Assembly (NCBI GenBank): GCA_026023565.1
Contig: JAPETS010000008.1
Span: 744,001 to 808,000, forward strand
Length of the DNA: 64,000 nucleotides
Reading direction: 5' to 3'
From: Cirrosporium novae-zelandiae
Taxonomy: Eukaryota
In this document: positions 49,060 through 62,071 of the stretch, in pieces
Layout: each line of letters opens with the position of its first letter
How positions within the stretch are numbered: position 1 is the stretch's first letter
Translations under genes and position numbers: made by a program
Notes under the pieces: model-generated
Seen by the model: only the letters and a program-made list of their open reading frames with translations
The model's database searches: none
What the model was told of the DNA's origin: nothing

Positions 49060-51237
49060 ATGGCCGAGCCTAAAACGACCCTAATCGATCTCCCAAACGA
49101 TATCCTTTTCCTCATCTTCCCTTACCTTGAACCCAAAGACTTTCTCTCCTTTGTATCTACCAACAAAACCCTCTACTCCTCCCACCTCGAACCCAGCTAC
49201 TGGCGTCATGTAACCCGCAAGACCTTCCGTTACCCCAACCAACCTCTTCTAAATACAAATGGTGAGCGCTGGCAGTGGCTCTATAAAAGTTTACGCACAC
49301 GATCAAAAGTCTATACCTGGGGCCAGAACAATAGAGGAGAATTGGGTCACAATTATGTAGATTCTCGGCGGGAACAAAGAATCCCACCAAGGCGAAGACG
49401 CTTAGGAGGATTCAGACATATTTCTTGGCCGACAGATATAGGGTTCAAGGATACTGACCCTGGAATCATTGTCGATCTGCAATGCGGTGGTTGGTCTACT
49501 TCACTTCTAAATCAAGACGGCGCCATTTTTGTTGTCGGAATCCTTGATGGTGAGCGTTCTTGGCAAGGAGCGGGTCACCAATTTATGCGACTTTCCTTCC
49601 CGGAAGCCTACATAACCTCATCTTATGATTTCTACGAACCATCCACTGCGATCCGTCAGTTCTCTGCTGGCCGCTCCCACATATTGGGGCTTTCTGACAG
49701 TGGCCGAATCTGGACATGGCATGATATGAGACGGAGCGGCAGGCACATCAAGTTTTGGGACATTGACCTATGCGAAGGTGAAGATGGCGGATTAGGGCTT
49801 GGCCGTGTCAAGAAAGTTGTGGCTGGATGGGGTGAGAGTTCTGCGTACATTGAAGGGAGTGGGATTGTTTATTGGAATATCGGTCGAGAGTCGAACGATG
49901 AGAACAAGGAGTCTGATGCCTGGCTATTGAAATCAACTGCCCTTGAAGGAACCGGGTTGCGACGATCAAGAACCTTCTCAGTAGACAGGGATTCCCTTGA
50001 AGCCAAAGTCGGCGAAGTCATCGAGCATGTTGTACTGGAAGGATACATTGTCTTCATTACGGACCTTAATAAAGTGTTCGCAGCAGCAACAGGAGGAAAC
50101 ACCTCGATTGTTGAGATAGAAGCTTTCGCTAGTGAAGATCGCACTCTAAAAGACATTCAAGGTTCTTTTAGGAAGTTTGCGGTCTTTACGGGTGAAGGCG
50201 AAGTCCTCCAAGCTGAAAAAAGTCTCCTTGATGCATACTGGAACCGCGACCGAAACGATTCATCGGAGCCCCCGAGGCTGGATGCTCAGCTACCATCTCT
50301 CCAACATAATAATGTCATCGCTCTCGCCTTTGGTGACTATCATCTTCAGGCTCTCCATTCCGATGGCACCATTACATCTTACGGTCGGCAATCTAATGCA
50401 TGCGGGTGTTTGGGCCTTGGTGATCGTAACGCTGGCGGCGAACTGAGAGGCTTAAGGAGTCTCTGGAATGGCGACGAGGCACTTGTGCCTCCTGCTCAAG
50501 GACATAAAGATCGAGGTCACGAAATTTTCTTCGACGAGCCGAGAAAGGAATGGCTCGCATATATGGAAAAAGCGTCCCGGGAGACCGAAGCATTAGATCG
50601 ACGAGATTTCTACCTTGTCAGTCAGCACAACCATAGCACGTTGGCTGAATGGTTCGAGCAGGAAGGCCGCGCATTCTATAACGACTTTGTGGACGAAAAC
50701 GACGGCAATGAAGAAACCATCCCTTTAAAAGCACCCTCAAACCCTTACTTTGCCCTTAGTATTACAGCCGCAGGTTGGCACAGCGGAGCCCTCATCCTAG
50801 TCAACGAAGACCTCGCCGAGAGACAAACACAACACTACCTTGTCCCAAATCCGACGCACGATAGCCCCAAAACAGACAAGGACGAGCAGGACCAGAACCA
50901 ATCCGGGTCAAGCACGTCTAGCAGCAATCACAAACCCGCAGTGCAGTCCCAACCCATCCAACACGCATCACCAATCGCACACCAATCACGACGCGTCCTC
51001 TTCCCCGGCATCGAACCTCTTGCCTACCACCCGCCCACTATTACCGCAAGACCTCCACCATCCCCAGAATCCGCCACGCCTGAAAATCGAGCCAAAGACC
51101 CCCAAATCTGGGCCTGGGAAGAGCAGAAAGCCATATTTCCGCGTCTGAGGATGCCAAATGGGGAAATCGCTCCTGGAGATGAGACAACCCCTATTGCAAC
51201 TTGGAGAGGCGAGTGTCCTCCCAAGGAAGCCGAGTAG
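49060..51237 (+). CDS. SAF1: SCF-associated factor 1-like F-box/RCC1-repeat protein
   Basis: N-terminal F-box LIDLPNDILFLIFPYL and RCC1-like blades VYTWGQN..GELG, LQCGGWS, FSAGRSHILGL, LAFGDYH and ITAAGWHSGAL. Confidence 0.85.
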   Translation: MAEPKTTLIDLPNDILFLIFPYLEPKDFLSFVSTNKTLYSSHLEPSYWRHVTRKTFRYPNQPLLNTNGERWQWLYKSLRTRSKVYTWGQNNRGELGHNYVDSRREQRIPPRRRRLGGFRHISWPTDIGFKDTDPGIIVDLQCGGWSTSLLNQDGAIFVVGILDGERSWQGAGHQFMRLSFPEAYITSSYDFYEPSTAIRQFSAGRSHILGLSDSGRIWTWHDMRRSGRHIKFWDIDLCEGEDGGLGLGRVKKVVAGWGESSAYIEGSGIVYWNIGRESNDENKESDAWLLKSTALEGTGLRRSRTFSVDRDSLEAKVGEVIEHVVLEGYIVFITDLNKVFAAATGGNTSIVEIEAFASEDRTLKDIQGSFRKFAVFTGEGEVLQAEKSLLDAYWNRDRNDSSEPPRLDAQLPSLQHNNVIALAFGDYHLQALHSDGTITSYGRQSNACGCLGLGDRNAGGELRGLRSLWNGDEALVPPAQGHKDRGHEIFFDEPRKEWLAYMEKASRETEALDRRDFYLVSQHNHSTLAEWFEQEGRAFYNDFVDENDGNEETIPLKAPSNPYFALSITAAGWHSGALILVNEDLAERQTQHYLVPNPTHDSPKTDKDEQDQNQSGSSTSSSNHKPAVQSQPIQHASPIAHQSRRVLFPGIEPLAYHPPTITARPPPSPESATPENRAKDPQIWAWEEQKAIFPRLRMPNGEIAPGDETTPIATWRGECPPKEAE

Positions 51238-52028
51238 GGTATGTTAGTGATTATAACAATAATAATAATAATTACTGATCACACGGTTCTGGGAGATTGT
51301 AAATAATGGGTAGGAAACGACGATGATGATGACGATCGGGTGCATGCATTTGATACCCAGGTTTTTTTTATTTTTATTCTTATTTTTTAACGACGGAATG
51401 ATGACATGAGATGATGTCTGTAATGAGTGAGTGAATGAGTGAATGAACGATGGATGGATACCCGGGGGGGGGGGTTGAATGCAGGAAACGAGCTTATGAG
51501 GCATGTATATGTGGATATAGTCTATCTAAGACATATGGTTTTGATTAATATATTCTTATTTCTTATTCTTGAGTATTGAGTATTGAGTTATGGGGATTGT
51601 GGATGGATGGATGGAGGGACAGAGGGACAGAGGGACAGATTGTTCTATAGCTAGCTAGCTGGGGTTAATGATTACATTAATCATGAATGAAAATGAAGTT
51701 TTCTTCTCCTTCTCCTTCTACTTTTTTTTTCTTTTTGCTATAAGCTCCTAGTTCCTAATGAATGGAAGGTGGGAATTACTGACTAGCTTTCGAACCTTGA
51801 GATCTTATCTAGGTATTTACTCTACTCAGTTTAATAAAATAGTATAGTATATATAATAATAATATAAACTAGTATAAATTGCATCTGTATCATAATATAT
51901 TATATATTATAGTTATATTATAGTTATGTATATATCGGTAAATCGGTTCGTAAACCTAAGGCATACATATAGTAAGAACCGAGACCTCTCCCACCTCCAC
52001 CAAAAATGCTCCCCCCCGGCTCACAAAC

Positions 52029-55000
52029 TCAGCTAGTCCCAGTCTCCAAATCAGGAATTCGCCGCCTATTCTGCCTGCCCTGCGGATACGAAGAAGACGA
52101 AGAAGAAAAAGGAGAAGGAATAGAAGTAGAATGTGACCTCGACAGCAGCGAGGCCTCCCGGGGAATTAAACTACTACCCCTTTTCTCCACCATTGAGGCT
52201 CGGAGAATGTTTATCTTCTCTTTACTGAGCTCGGACTTGGAGGTTGAAGGTTGGGATTGGGATTGCGGTCGAAGGGCCTGTAGGCCTCTCTGGAGGGACT
52301 GGAGGAGGTTGTCCCACTGCTGGCGGAGGAGGTCGGGAAGGTTTCGGAAGAAGGCGGAGATGGCGTTGATTTTGAAGGCCCAGAGGCCGATTAGGAGAAC
52401 GCTTCCGATTCCGCCGAAGGCTGGGTGGGTTTGGTTAGAGGTTTATTTTGTTGGTGGAGAAGGAGGGGGGAGGGTTGTGTGAATAGAGGGGTGAGTACTT
52501 ACTTAGTCGCGGCCAGATCCATGAGTTTGTGAATTCCACGTCGCCTTGCTTGTTGCGGGGGAAGTAGGACATGTCAATGGCGAATAATGCTTCCATGAAT
52601 TGAAGAGGGAGCTATAGGATAAGTGTTCTTAGCAATTTATTTATTACTTTTGATTGGGAAATAGCTCAAGACTTACAAATATTACGGTTACGACGGTGAA
52701 TACTAGGAGGGTGTTTCCTTGCCTAGATGCTATCTCCGCTTGTCTCCTTGAAGACCTGGCTTCATCAATATTGACCTGCTTTTGTTTGAGGTCTAGAAGG
52801 TGGTTAAGCTATGGAGAGGGTTAGCAAAGGCCGTGTTTTTTCCGAATTCAAGGAATATATATTCACCGAATCTTCGGCCCTTATGGCATCGTTGGTCAAT
52901 CTCTTGACGATTCGATAACGGCCCGTGAGGTTGCCTTGCTGGAGGTAATCCTCAAGATCCTCCTCTGAAATATCTTGGTCTCCTTTGCGTTGCATGATGC
53001 CCCATAGTTGGGATATCATAAGATGCTGGTCTCCCAGTATATTACGAATCATGCCTAATTCATCCAGAATATCTTTGATTTCCCTTAGTGACTTAATCTC
53101 TTTGCTAATATTGATCTCATCAGTTTGTCCAGGTATAATTTGTCCCGCTTTTTCGCGTCGAGCCAACAGGTTGGTAAGCTCGTCGTAATAACTTGTTTCG
53201 TCTTTCAACTGTGCAGTTGGTCAGAAGGGATCTCCAAAATCTTGAAGCGATTATACCTACCACGTCGGCGATAGAATCAGCGAATATATCAAGGAACGGA
53301 TGTTCTAGGCCGCCTTTATGTGGTGGCTCGATGAAGTTCGTACACGATACTGCAATAAGCGCCGCCAGCTGCTTAGCTGAGAAGATTTTTTGATCCTTGC
53401 ACTTCTGTATGATGCTATTCAGAAGTTTCGGGGGTCTCATGTTCTCTTCATGATCGTGGTCCCACCTTTGAGGGAAAGCGGTAATTACAGTCTCTATATA
53501 TCGAATTAGGGGTTGAATTCATAGATCCATGGAAACATACTATTGTCAAGAATGAATAGCCATAATTGGTTAACCATAAGAATTTGAGGGTGGGAAGGGA
53601 CTTTCAAAGGTTCCATTTGATGGCCCTGATTCTCGGGTTCCGTTTGAGATATTGTTGATTTCTGAGCTCTGGCTTCATTCTCCTCTATCGGATTCTCTTT
53701 CGATTCCTGGACTTCAGCCTGACCTGACTCGCCCGTGGTTGTTTCTTGAGCTGGAGCTGACTCCGAACTTTGGCCGGCACCCTCCTCAATGGCTCCATCT
53801 TCACTCTGTTCGACTGGAGATGAACTTGACTGCTGAGCCCCTTTCTCATCTTGTTCCGGTATTCCATCTTCAACTTCAGAAGGAGGGTTTACATCTACCT
53901 GTTGCTGTTGTATGTTTCTATTGGACGAATAATCATAAATCTCGAGTTTCTTCCTCCTTTCCGTAGTATAACGATATACAACTTGGTCCTGGTCCCGTGT
54001 GCTGGTGTCACTTACTTCAAGATAATAGGATTGGTCTAATGTCTGAGAAACTTGGAGATCAGAAGAAGAGAAGTACTCCCTAACTAATCTCACATTCAGA
54101 TCTTCTGAATTCTCTTGGTCGGAGGTTCCATTGGCATTTCTTAGCCTTCCACTATTTACAGAAATTTCTTTATCGATGGTTGTCTGTAATGTTTGCTGTC
54201 CAGCAGAAGTATCCGTATCGATATAAGGCATCTACGAATAGCACTAAGCAAAGTGACCCAGCCTGTGAGACCCTAACTTACCACGAATGCGAGCGTTTTC
54301 TGATCATTGAGCTGTGCTCCACTATTCGACAAAAGGCCATCGCTCAATTCCACTGCGTTGTTAAAATTTGCCGTCTATGATTGACACCGGTTAACGATGG
54401 GTGATGTCTCTAAGGTGACTCTAATAAAACATACCTGGGCAACCGGTCGCACCATACGAGAATGAGGGGTGGATCCCTTGCGCTCAAGAAGATTTCTATC
54501 AATGAATCGGAGCAAGTCTTCGAAATGCTGGACTGTGTCTCTGTTGAGAAAACATATCCGTTTGATAAGGTCCTATTTCAAACTATTAATTTCATGTCTC
54601 AATAAATGAAGGGTTTTCCTAGAATAATACCTTTACCCAGAGTTTCTGAATTACGTTAGTATCGAGTTAGGGCCTTGATATCGAGTGTGGAGAACTAACA
54701 TTGTTTGCTGGAAGATGAATCCACCTAAATGACAATTCCCAGTCCTGTGCCATAACTTCCTTTTCGTCGATATCATTTACCATTTGATCTAGTCCCGTTC
54801 CATAAATAATATCGTACACTGAATATTTGCCTCTGGGCAACTTTCGTTGTGGCCCATTTTGGCCATACCAATATATGACGTTTGCTTTAAACTCCTTGGA
54901 AATTTTCTCTCTCTCTGGTGAAACATCAAAGGAAAGATTTCGCAGCCTTTCCAGTGTTTGGGTTGGCCTAGATTCATTTTCGACAGCTGGAGGATTATCG

Positions 55001-56685
55001 AAAATTTCCACGACGGTCTGGAATTTTCCATCCTTTGCCAGATCAAGAGCAGTCTTCCCTGATGCGTTTTTCAGTTGATCATTGGCACCTCTTGAAAGGA
55101 GAAGCTTCACTAGCTCTGCATGTCCTTTATTGGCTGCAAGATGCAACGGCATCCATCCAGCTGAATTCAAGGCATTTGGATCCGCCCCATGGTCAAGTAG
55201 GATCTCTGCTATTTCCCTTTCTCCAACGTTTCCTGCCTCGTGTAATGGCGTCCATCCAGTAGCTGTTACAGCCTTGATATTGGCACCATAATCCAAAAGT
55301 ATCTTTGCTACCTTGGGATGATGCTTGACTACGGCAAAATGCAGTCCTGTTTCTAATTTCTTTGTTTCGGCGTTGACGTTCACATTTTTTCGAAGCAGCA
55401 ACTTTAATACCCTTATGGAATTATTGAAAGCTGCTTTGTGTAACGGTGTCCATCCAAATGTATTGGATACATCTATGTCAATACCAGCACCTCTATTTAT
55501 CAGAGTTTCTGCCACCCTTGCATGGCCTCTAGCTGATGCATAATGCAATGGTCTTTCCGAATTTTTAGTTTCAGCATGCACATCGGCCCCATAGTCAAGC
55601 AACATAGTTACTATTTTATCCTTATTGATTTCAGAAGCCTCGCTGTTGGCTGCTTCATGCAACGGTGTCCACTTGGTGTCAATTACTGTATTGGGGTCGG
55701 ATTTTCTGTTAAGTAGAAATTCCGTCATTTCTATATCTCCTCTGGCCGCCGCACGATGCAATGCTATAGCTAATCTTGTGGTTCTGGCGTTAACATCTGC
55801 TCCATTGTCAACTAATATCTCCGCAATTTTTATCTTGGTTTCGTCCGACGCTTTTCCATTTACTAGCACATACAAGGGTGTTGATCCATTGGAATTTTTT
55901 GCATTGATATCGATTTTGTGACCCAGGAGTAAACTTACAATTTCCATTCTTGCCGCGTCAGTTGACGTTGATTTCCCATCTACCGCGAGATGCAATGGTG
56001 TTGATCCAAATGTATTTGCTTTACTGGCATCAACCGTTTTATCTTCGAGCAACAGCTTCACTAGTTCTGCACATCCACTATTTGCTGCTTCATGCAATGG
56101 CGACCACCCACTTTCAATTAGTGCATTAGGATTAGCACCATGGGTTAAAAGCAGGCGTGCTACTTCAAATTTGGCCTGTGAAGCTGCGTGGTGTAGCGGC
56201 GTTATCGATTTATCAGTAGTTGTGGCATTGATATTAACTTTTTGCTCAAGCAATAATGCTGCCATCTCTGTAAACCCGCCTTTGGCTGCAGAATGCAATG
56301 GCGTCCATCCAGTGGAGTTTGCCGTATGGGGATCCCCCCCACTGTCAAGGAGCAGTTTCAGCATTTCTACAGAGCCACTGTTTGCCGCGTCAATCATCGG
56401 TGTTGCTCCATTGGAACTTTTCACGGTGGGGTCAGCCCCGGCCTCAAGTAGGACTTTTGATACTTCGACGTCTGCTTTTGCTGCTGTGTAATGTAGTGGT
56501 ACGGATTTGCGTTCCTCGTCAATTGCGTTGGGATCGGCTCCATCCTTGAGTAATTGAACAACCTCATCTTTTGAGCCATCTTTAGCAGCCTTGAATAGTT
56601 TAGTATTCAACTCTAGATAGTGTCAGCCTTAAGCGTGTGAATAATTAATGGGGACCTGTTTCCCCATACCTAAATTCGTAGCCAT
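52029..56685 (-). CDS. Ankyrin-repeat (about 16) protein with CorA-like C-terminal membrane domain, 11 exons
   Basis: Exons 56685-56670, 56612-54700, 54645-54631, 54572-54435, 54374-54282, 54231-53541, 53493-53261, 53208-52867, 52808-52677, 52611-52503 and 52420-52029 are all GT-AG and in frame. Motifs RWIHLPANN|KLWVK|DL, MPY, QTLDQSYY, DQVVYR, LMVNQLWL..LD.KTVITAFP, EIKDILDELGMI, LLDLKQKQ and QGNTLLVFTVVTVIF|LPL. Confidence 0.88.
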
Positions 56686-57412
56686 GTCCACTACTGAGGC
56701 CGTGACCACGATATTAAAAGGACGGGAAAGTATATATTGGTCAAAACAAAACACAAATTACAAGACATGGCGTTAGCTATTAATATACCTATCATCTGGG
56801 GGCTAGAAGTAATAGCGCAACAGGGATAAGAATCCATGAACTATGGATAGTATCTCGACAAATATACCGTGGCATTGTCATAACGAATGAAGCAATGAAG
56901 CCTTCAGCCTTTTGAATAATAGTTAACATAGTTAAATTTGTAAATAAATTCAAATAACTTTGGCGTGAAGGTAGGGGAACCTGAGTGGCACGAGTGGTAA
57001 TGAAGAAAAGGTTATTAATTAAGTATTATTGAAGCTTCTTTCTACAAAGTATAGCTCTTGCCAAGCACCCGGGCGTCAATGCAATCCTGAACCCAGCACT
57101 CGGCCTTCATGTTTCTTTCTTCCAACCTAAACTCAAGCCTCCACAGACCAAACATCCAGAATTTTACATTCAATGTTTTTAACACTTAGGCATCACGTTT
57201 CTTGCTATAGCTAATCTCAACCCAGCCACTACTAGCAAAATTAAGGAGTTAGTTGTAATTAAAGGCCTACCTGGCGTGCGATTCGTGGGGTGGACTAAGC
57301 ATAACTAAACATGAGCCTCCTTTTGTGATATACTATCTTCGCAAGGGGAACGTTCAGTTATCTTCCTTTCCTATCAATTAACTTTGTTGACTCACTTCTA
57401 CCTTTGTCTCTA

Positions 57413-58877
57413 CTATTTATAGGCGATAACAGGAACATCAACCATCAGTCCGATCAGACTCCGCGCAACCTCCCCTGCCGCAATGCAGGTTGTTTCGCCC
57501 TTGTTATCGTACGCAGGTGCCACCTCAACGACATCAGCACCAATAACTTTCAGCCCCGACAGCCCGTCAATGATAGACAGGAGTTCACGGGTTGACCAGC
57601 CACCGGGCTCGGCGGTTCCTGTCGCAGGAGCAAAAGCAGGGTCTAAAACATCGATATCGACGGAGATATATACGTTTCCATTCCCGACCCTATCCTTGAT
57701 CTTCTCAATTATGCCTTTGACGCCGATGTAGTCGATATCTCGGGCTTTGATGATGTCGAAGCCGCAGTGGATATCGTTGTTGAGGTCGCGACGGCGCGTG
57801 CCTAAGGGGGCCCGAATCCCGGCGTGGATCGAGCTGCTGTTCGATATAAGACCTTCTTCGTGGGCAATGTGGAGGAATGTGCCGTGGTTGACGGAGCTAG
57901 TCGAGGGTAGGAAATATGAGTTTTATTGAAAATTGTTTTTCTATTCGGAAGAAGTTGCATGGGATGGGGATATATGCTGGTAAACACTTACGCATATTCT
58001 GTTACTCCACCGTCTAGTACAAATGATGCCGTTAGTAAAAGAATGGCGTCTGTTCTAGTCGCGAGCATGACTTACCAACTGCATATGGATCCCATGTGTC
58101 GATATGAGAGTCGAAATGGATGACGTTAACCACTCCCCAATGATTAATTGTGGACCGTAATGCTGCAAGTGTTATGGTGTGGTCACCGCCCAGCATGAGG
58201 ATACGAGGAACTTTTGAAACTGAAATATTTTGTGCCAAACGCCCTGATATGATCTAGACAGCAAGGTTAGGCAAAGAAGTTGAAACAGAAATATCAAAAG
58301 AGAAAGGGTGTTTCCAAGACCAGTCTGTGTATACAGTAAACGAAACAGTGATTCACAAAAGATGAACCAGGTCGAGCCCTACCTTGTGTGCTTTGCCCAG
58401 CTGTTTCAACGCCAAAGTATTATCGATGAATGTCAAGGGTGCATCTCCGCAATCAACAGCCTTGGCCCACTGCAAAAATGGATTGTTGCCCGTGTATAAG
58501 TTATATGAATGGAACGGACGGATTCGGCGAGAGCCATCTCGAATACCATGAGGTCCGAAGCGTGCCCCCGGACGATAGGATGTGCCCGTATCAAACGGTG
58601 CTCCTAGAACAGCTATGTCGTACGTATCGATCTCATTGTCGACCATAGAGGAGAAGCATGGGACATAAGGAAGACGTGCGAAAGAAGTCAGGCCTCCAAC
58701 AGCATCTGTATCTAAGGAAACATCATCATCATCTGTAGGCGAAGAGTATGACTCCAGTGATGCTTGGGCATAGCTGCGGTGGTTGTCGATGGCTGCCACG
58801 GGTGGAAAGCCAATATTCCGGGCAAAGCCCAAGGTAATCAGTTCAAGTACGAGCAAATAGTAACAACTGGAATACAT
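57413..58877 (-). CDS. Agmatinase/guanidinobutyrase-like ureohydrolase (arginase family) with signal peptide, 4 exons (58877-58383, 58253-58076, 58013-57992, 57896-57413)
   Basis: Motifs GAPFDTG..YRPGARFGP, GGDHT, HFDSHID, NHGT, SVDIDVLDPAFAPATGT and EVAPAYD. Introns are in frame. Confidence 0.93.
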
Positions 58878-59040
58878 GATTCAACTAATGGACGGACAAA
58901 TCGTCAAGATCCAAACAATGACACAAAGAAATAATTAGGAAATGTGCCAGGAATTTCAGAGAAAGAGTCCATGACTGATGTTGTAGGAGAGCAAGCGGTA
59001 TCGCAACGTTTCTCATCTGACATAGGCCGGGACAGTTGTG

Positions 59041-59406
59041 AGATAGTTATCTATACCCTCCGATTATCCTTCCTCGTCCAACAAAAAGATGCTCTTTACA
59101 ACACGCCGAGGGTCTGATAAGAAACTGGTTGTGACAGTACAGTTAATCGGACGATGGGGGCCTTGAATCGGACGCATCGGCCTATCAAGTGAAATTTGGC
59201 CGATTAACTAATTACTCAGCCGTACAGAATCCGTACGGAATACTCTCACCAGATAAGCTAAAATGGTAGGTAATCTATTGTAATCAGTAATTTATAGTCT
59301 CCTACCTTTCTCTGCTTTTCACTCTTCATCATTTCTTATCAGTTACTACCTTCCTTCTATATGCTGTGATGTTGCTACTACTGATATAGTAATGCGATGT
59401 AGATAA
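59041..59406. promoter_or_regulatory. Cluster of HGATAR (AreA/GATA-type) and CGG-containing motifs in the bidirectional agmatinase/MFS promoter
   Basis: HGATAR on either strand at 59041, 59047, 59115, 59182, 59251, 59336 and 59401. Direct repeat AATCGGACG at 59145 and 59166. Palindrome TCCGTACGGA at 59230. Confidence 0.45.
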
Positions 59407-59597
59407 ACCGAAATGGGCATTGATATCGCACATCACGCACTACACGCTCATCTCCGATTTTCTACCATCAAATATATTGATATAAAATGATGTGATCATA
59501 AAATCTACTGTTTTCAATCAGTACGGATGGACCAGTTTCTTTTTATCTCTGCTGTGTTTTTAAGCCTTTGGATATTTCACCATCTTAAATAATAACA

Positions 59598-61638
59598 ATG
59601 TTTAGGGTTGGAGACGACATTGACCAGTCATGGCCGCCTGGCACCGTCAGACTTGAAGGTAAATCACCAAGTTTCATCTGCCAGAACTGGTACTGCACTT
59701 TATCTTGTCTTTGGATGCGTGGAGAACGAAAGAGGCCATGACGTATGGTGTTATAAAATATGCTTATATATACCCTTTAGACCTCGAGAAATCAGGCAAA
59801 CGTGGCGAAATTATATTACAGCCACGACCTAGCAGGGATCCCAATGATCCATTAGTATGTTGAGATGTCTGTGTCTGTTTATACAAATCCTCACAATAGC
59901 AGAACTGGCCCAAGTGGCGCAAACATCTAAATTTTGGGCTTGTATCGTTTTATTCAGTCATGGTCTTTGCATTGTAAGTAGAGCTTACGCTGAGAGCACA
60001 TGTTGATTCGGTTGTATGCTTACTTGGATACTCAAGAATTGACGCTGCAACTCCGACCTGGTCCCCCATGCACAGACAGCTCGGCTTCAGCTATGACATC
60101 TTGAATGATAGCTATGCAATCGGCTGCGGAACTTTAGCCATTGGCGCTTTTATGTTGATTCCCTTTGCTCTCAAATTTGGTCGGCGCCCCATTTACATCG
60201 TCAGCAGCGCTCTCCAATTCGTAATATCAGTCTGGTCTGCTAAGCTGCAGACGGTTGCCGATCTTATGCTCATCAACGCTTTCAGCTGCCTGCTTGGAGC
60301 GTTGGCCGAAGTTATTGTGCAGATGACGGTTGCCGATATATATTTTGTCCATCAACGGGGACTCATGAATAGTTTCTATGTTTGGTCCTCCAATATTGGA
60401 GGCTCGTTAGCCCCTCTTGCAGCTGGATACATTACCGTATCACAAGGTTGGCGTTGGGTTTGGTGGTGGATTACGATCTTCTTTGGCCTCTGTTTTCTTG
60501 CCTTTGTCTTTTTCTACGAAGAGACCAAATATTCTCAGAACACCCTTGATGGCGCTCCACCTGTGGGGCTTCAAACATCCACAGTGGAAATGACCTTCAA
60601 AAAGGACGACGAGGAATCCAAGACGACAAAGTCGAGGGCAAAAGCCGAGGAATCTCCAGTCGAAAGTACAGTTAGCATTGATCCCACGATTCCAAGAAAA
60701 ACATACTGGCAACGTCTTGCGTTTTGGTCATCGTCGCCTGGGTCGTGGCGTTACTTTGCTCGTCACAGCTACCAACCCTTCATAATTCTATTTACCATTC
60801 CAGCGGTTTTCTTCATGTCTCTCGTCTATGGAGCCATGCTTGCCGCGTCTACCGTCATGGTGACAACCCTATCGTCATGGATGGCTAAAGATCCCTATAA
60901 TTTTAACTCAGCGCAAATCGGCCTAGTAAGTTTATATATCATAAGACCCCCATTTCATAAACCTCACCAAAGTAACCTTTTGAGATATATAGATGAGTCT
61001 TCCACCATGGATCGGAACAACACTCGGCGCACTGATCTGCGGGCCGCTGAGCGACTGGCTCATCTTATTTCTAGCGAAAAGGAAAAACGGAATCTACGAG
61101 CCAGAAATGCGACTATGGGTCATTGTCGCCTTCATACCCTTCGTGCCGGCCGGACTTTTCATGTTCGGTATTGGCCTGAACAACGGAGCCCCCTGGCCGC
61201 TTTTGGCGGTGGGATATGCCATCTGCTCGTTCGGTACCATGCCAGCCAGGAGTATTGCCTTGACATACATCACCGACGCCTATACCGAGGTATGGAGCAT
61301 GCATCTCTCCCATCCCTTTCCTTTCCTTTCTTTTGTGCCCGTAGATTTGTCTATCTAGAGGTTGCTCACACAACAAGCATTATTTTTAGATCGTTGCCGA
61401 TGCGCTGGTCGGATTAACATTCACGCGTAACCTCCTTTCAACGATTTTCGTTTTTGTGGCTTCGCCGTGGATTGCTAATGTGGGTATGAAGAACGTGTAC
61501 ATCACTATTGGAATCCTCGAGACGGCTGTCCTGTTCGGAACGTTCGTTTTTATTTTTTACGGAAAGAAATTTCGTGTCAAAACTACGCGGCGGTATCGAT
61601 ACTATGCTGAGCGGCAGTTTGAGTCTAGGAGGGTATGA
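59598..61638 (+). CDS. MFS transporter (HOL1-like), 6 exons (59598-59658, 59781-59854, 59903-59973, 60037-60925, 60993-61289, 61390-61638)
   Basis: WPPGTVRLE, ILQPRPS.DPNDPL|NWP, KFGRRPIY, D.YFVHQRG, GWRW, YEETKY and YEPEMRL motifs. About 12 TM helices; introns in frame. Confidence 0.92.
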
Positions 61639-62071
61639 TGATGATGATGATGGAAATCGAGGGGCACGGTTTTACATATATACGTTTTGATGGGATATAT
61701 ATATTGGGAAGTTCTTTAATACCTTATTTTGTGTAGTTTACGGGTGCATCATAGGATAGCTTTTTTCCGCACTGAAAAATACGGTGGGGGGTTCTTCTTC
61801 TCCCTAGAGTTTGAGGTTCTTTCCCTTGATGAAAACAGTGTCCAAGTCCTCAAGGTATAGTTGAAAAAAAGAATAGGGTAGGCAAATAAACGTGTTCTCA
61901 TTAAATTGCGGGGTCATTCCATGCCTTGAAATTTTGAGGAAATCGTGGGTAATTGTCCCCAATTGTTTTTTTTTACTATTCACACAAAAAAGTCTTGTAG
62001 GTTAGGTTAGGTAGTTTACATGATTTCGCTTTGGTTATGATATATCATAAGGTCGGGGCCTAATTAATAAA

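Noticed and set aside
55035..56549. Plus-strand ORFs over the ankyrin exon (likewise 38205-38831 and 52006-52482)
   Set aside because: Antisense shadows of real minus-strand coding exons.
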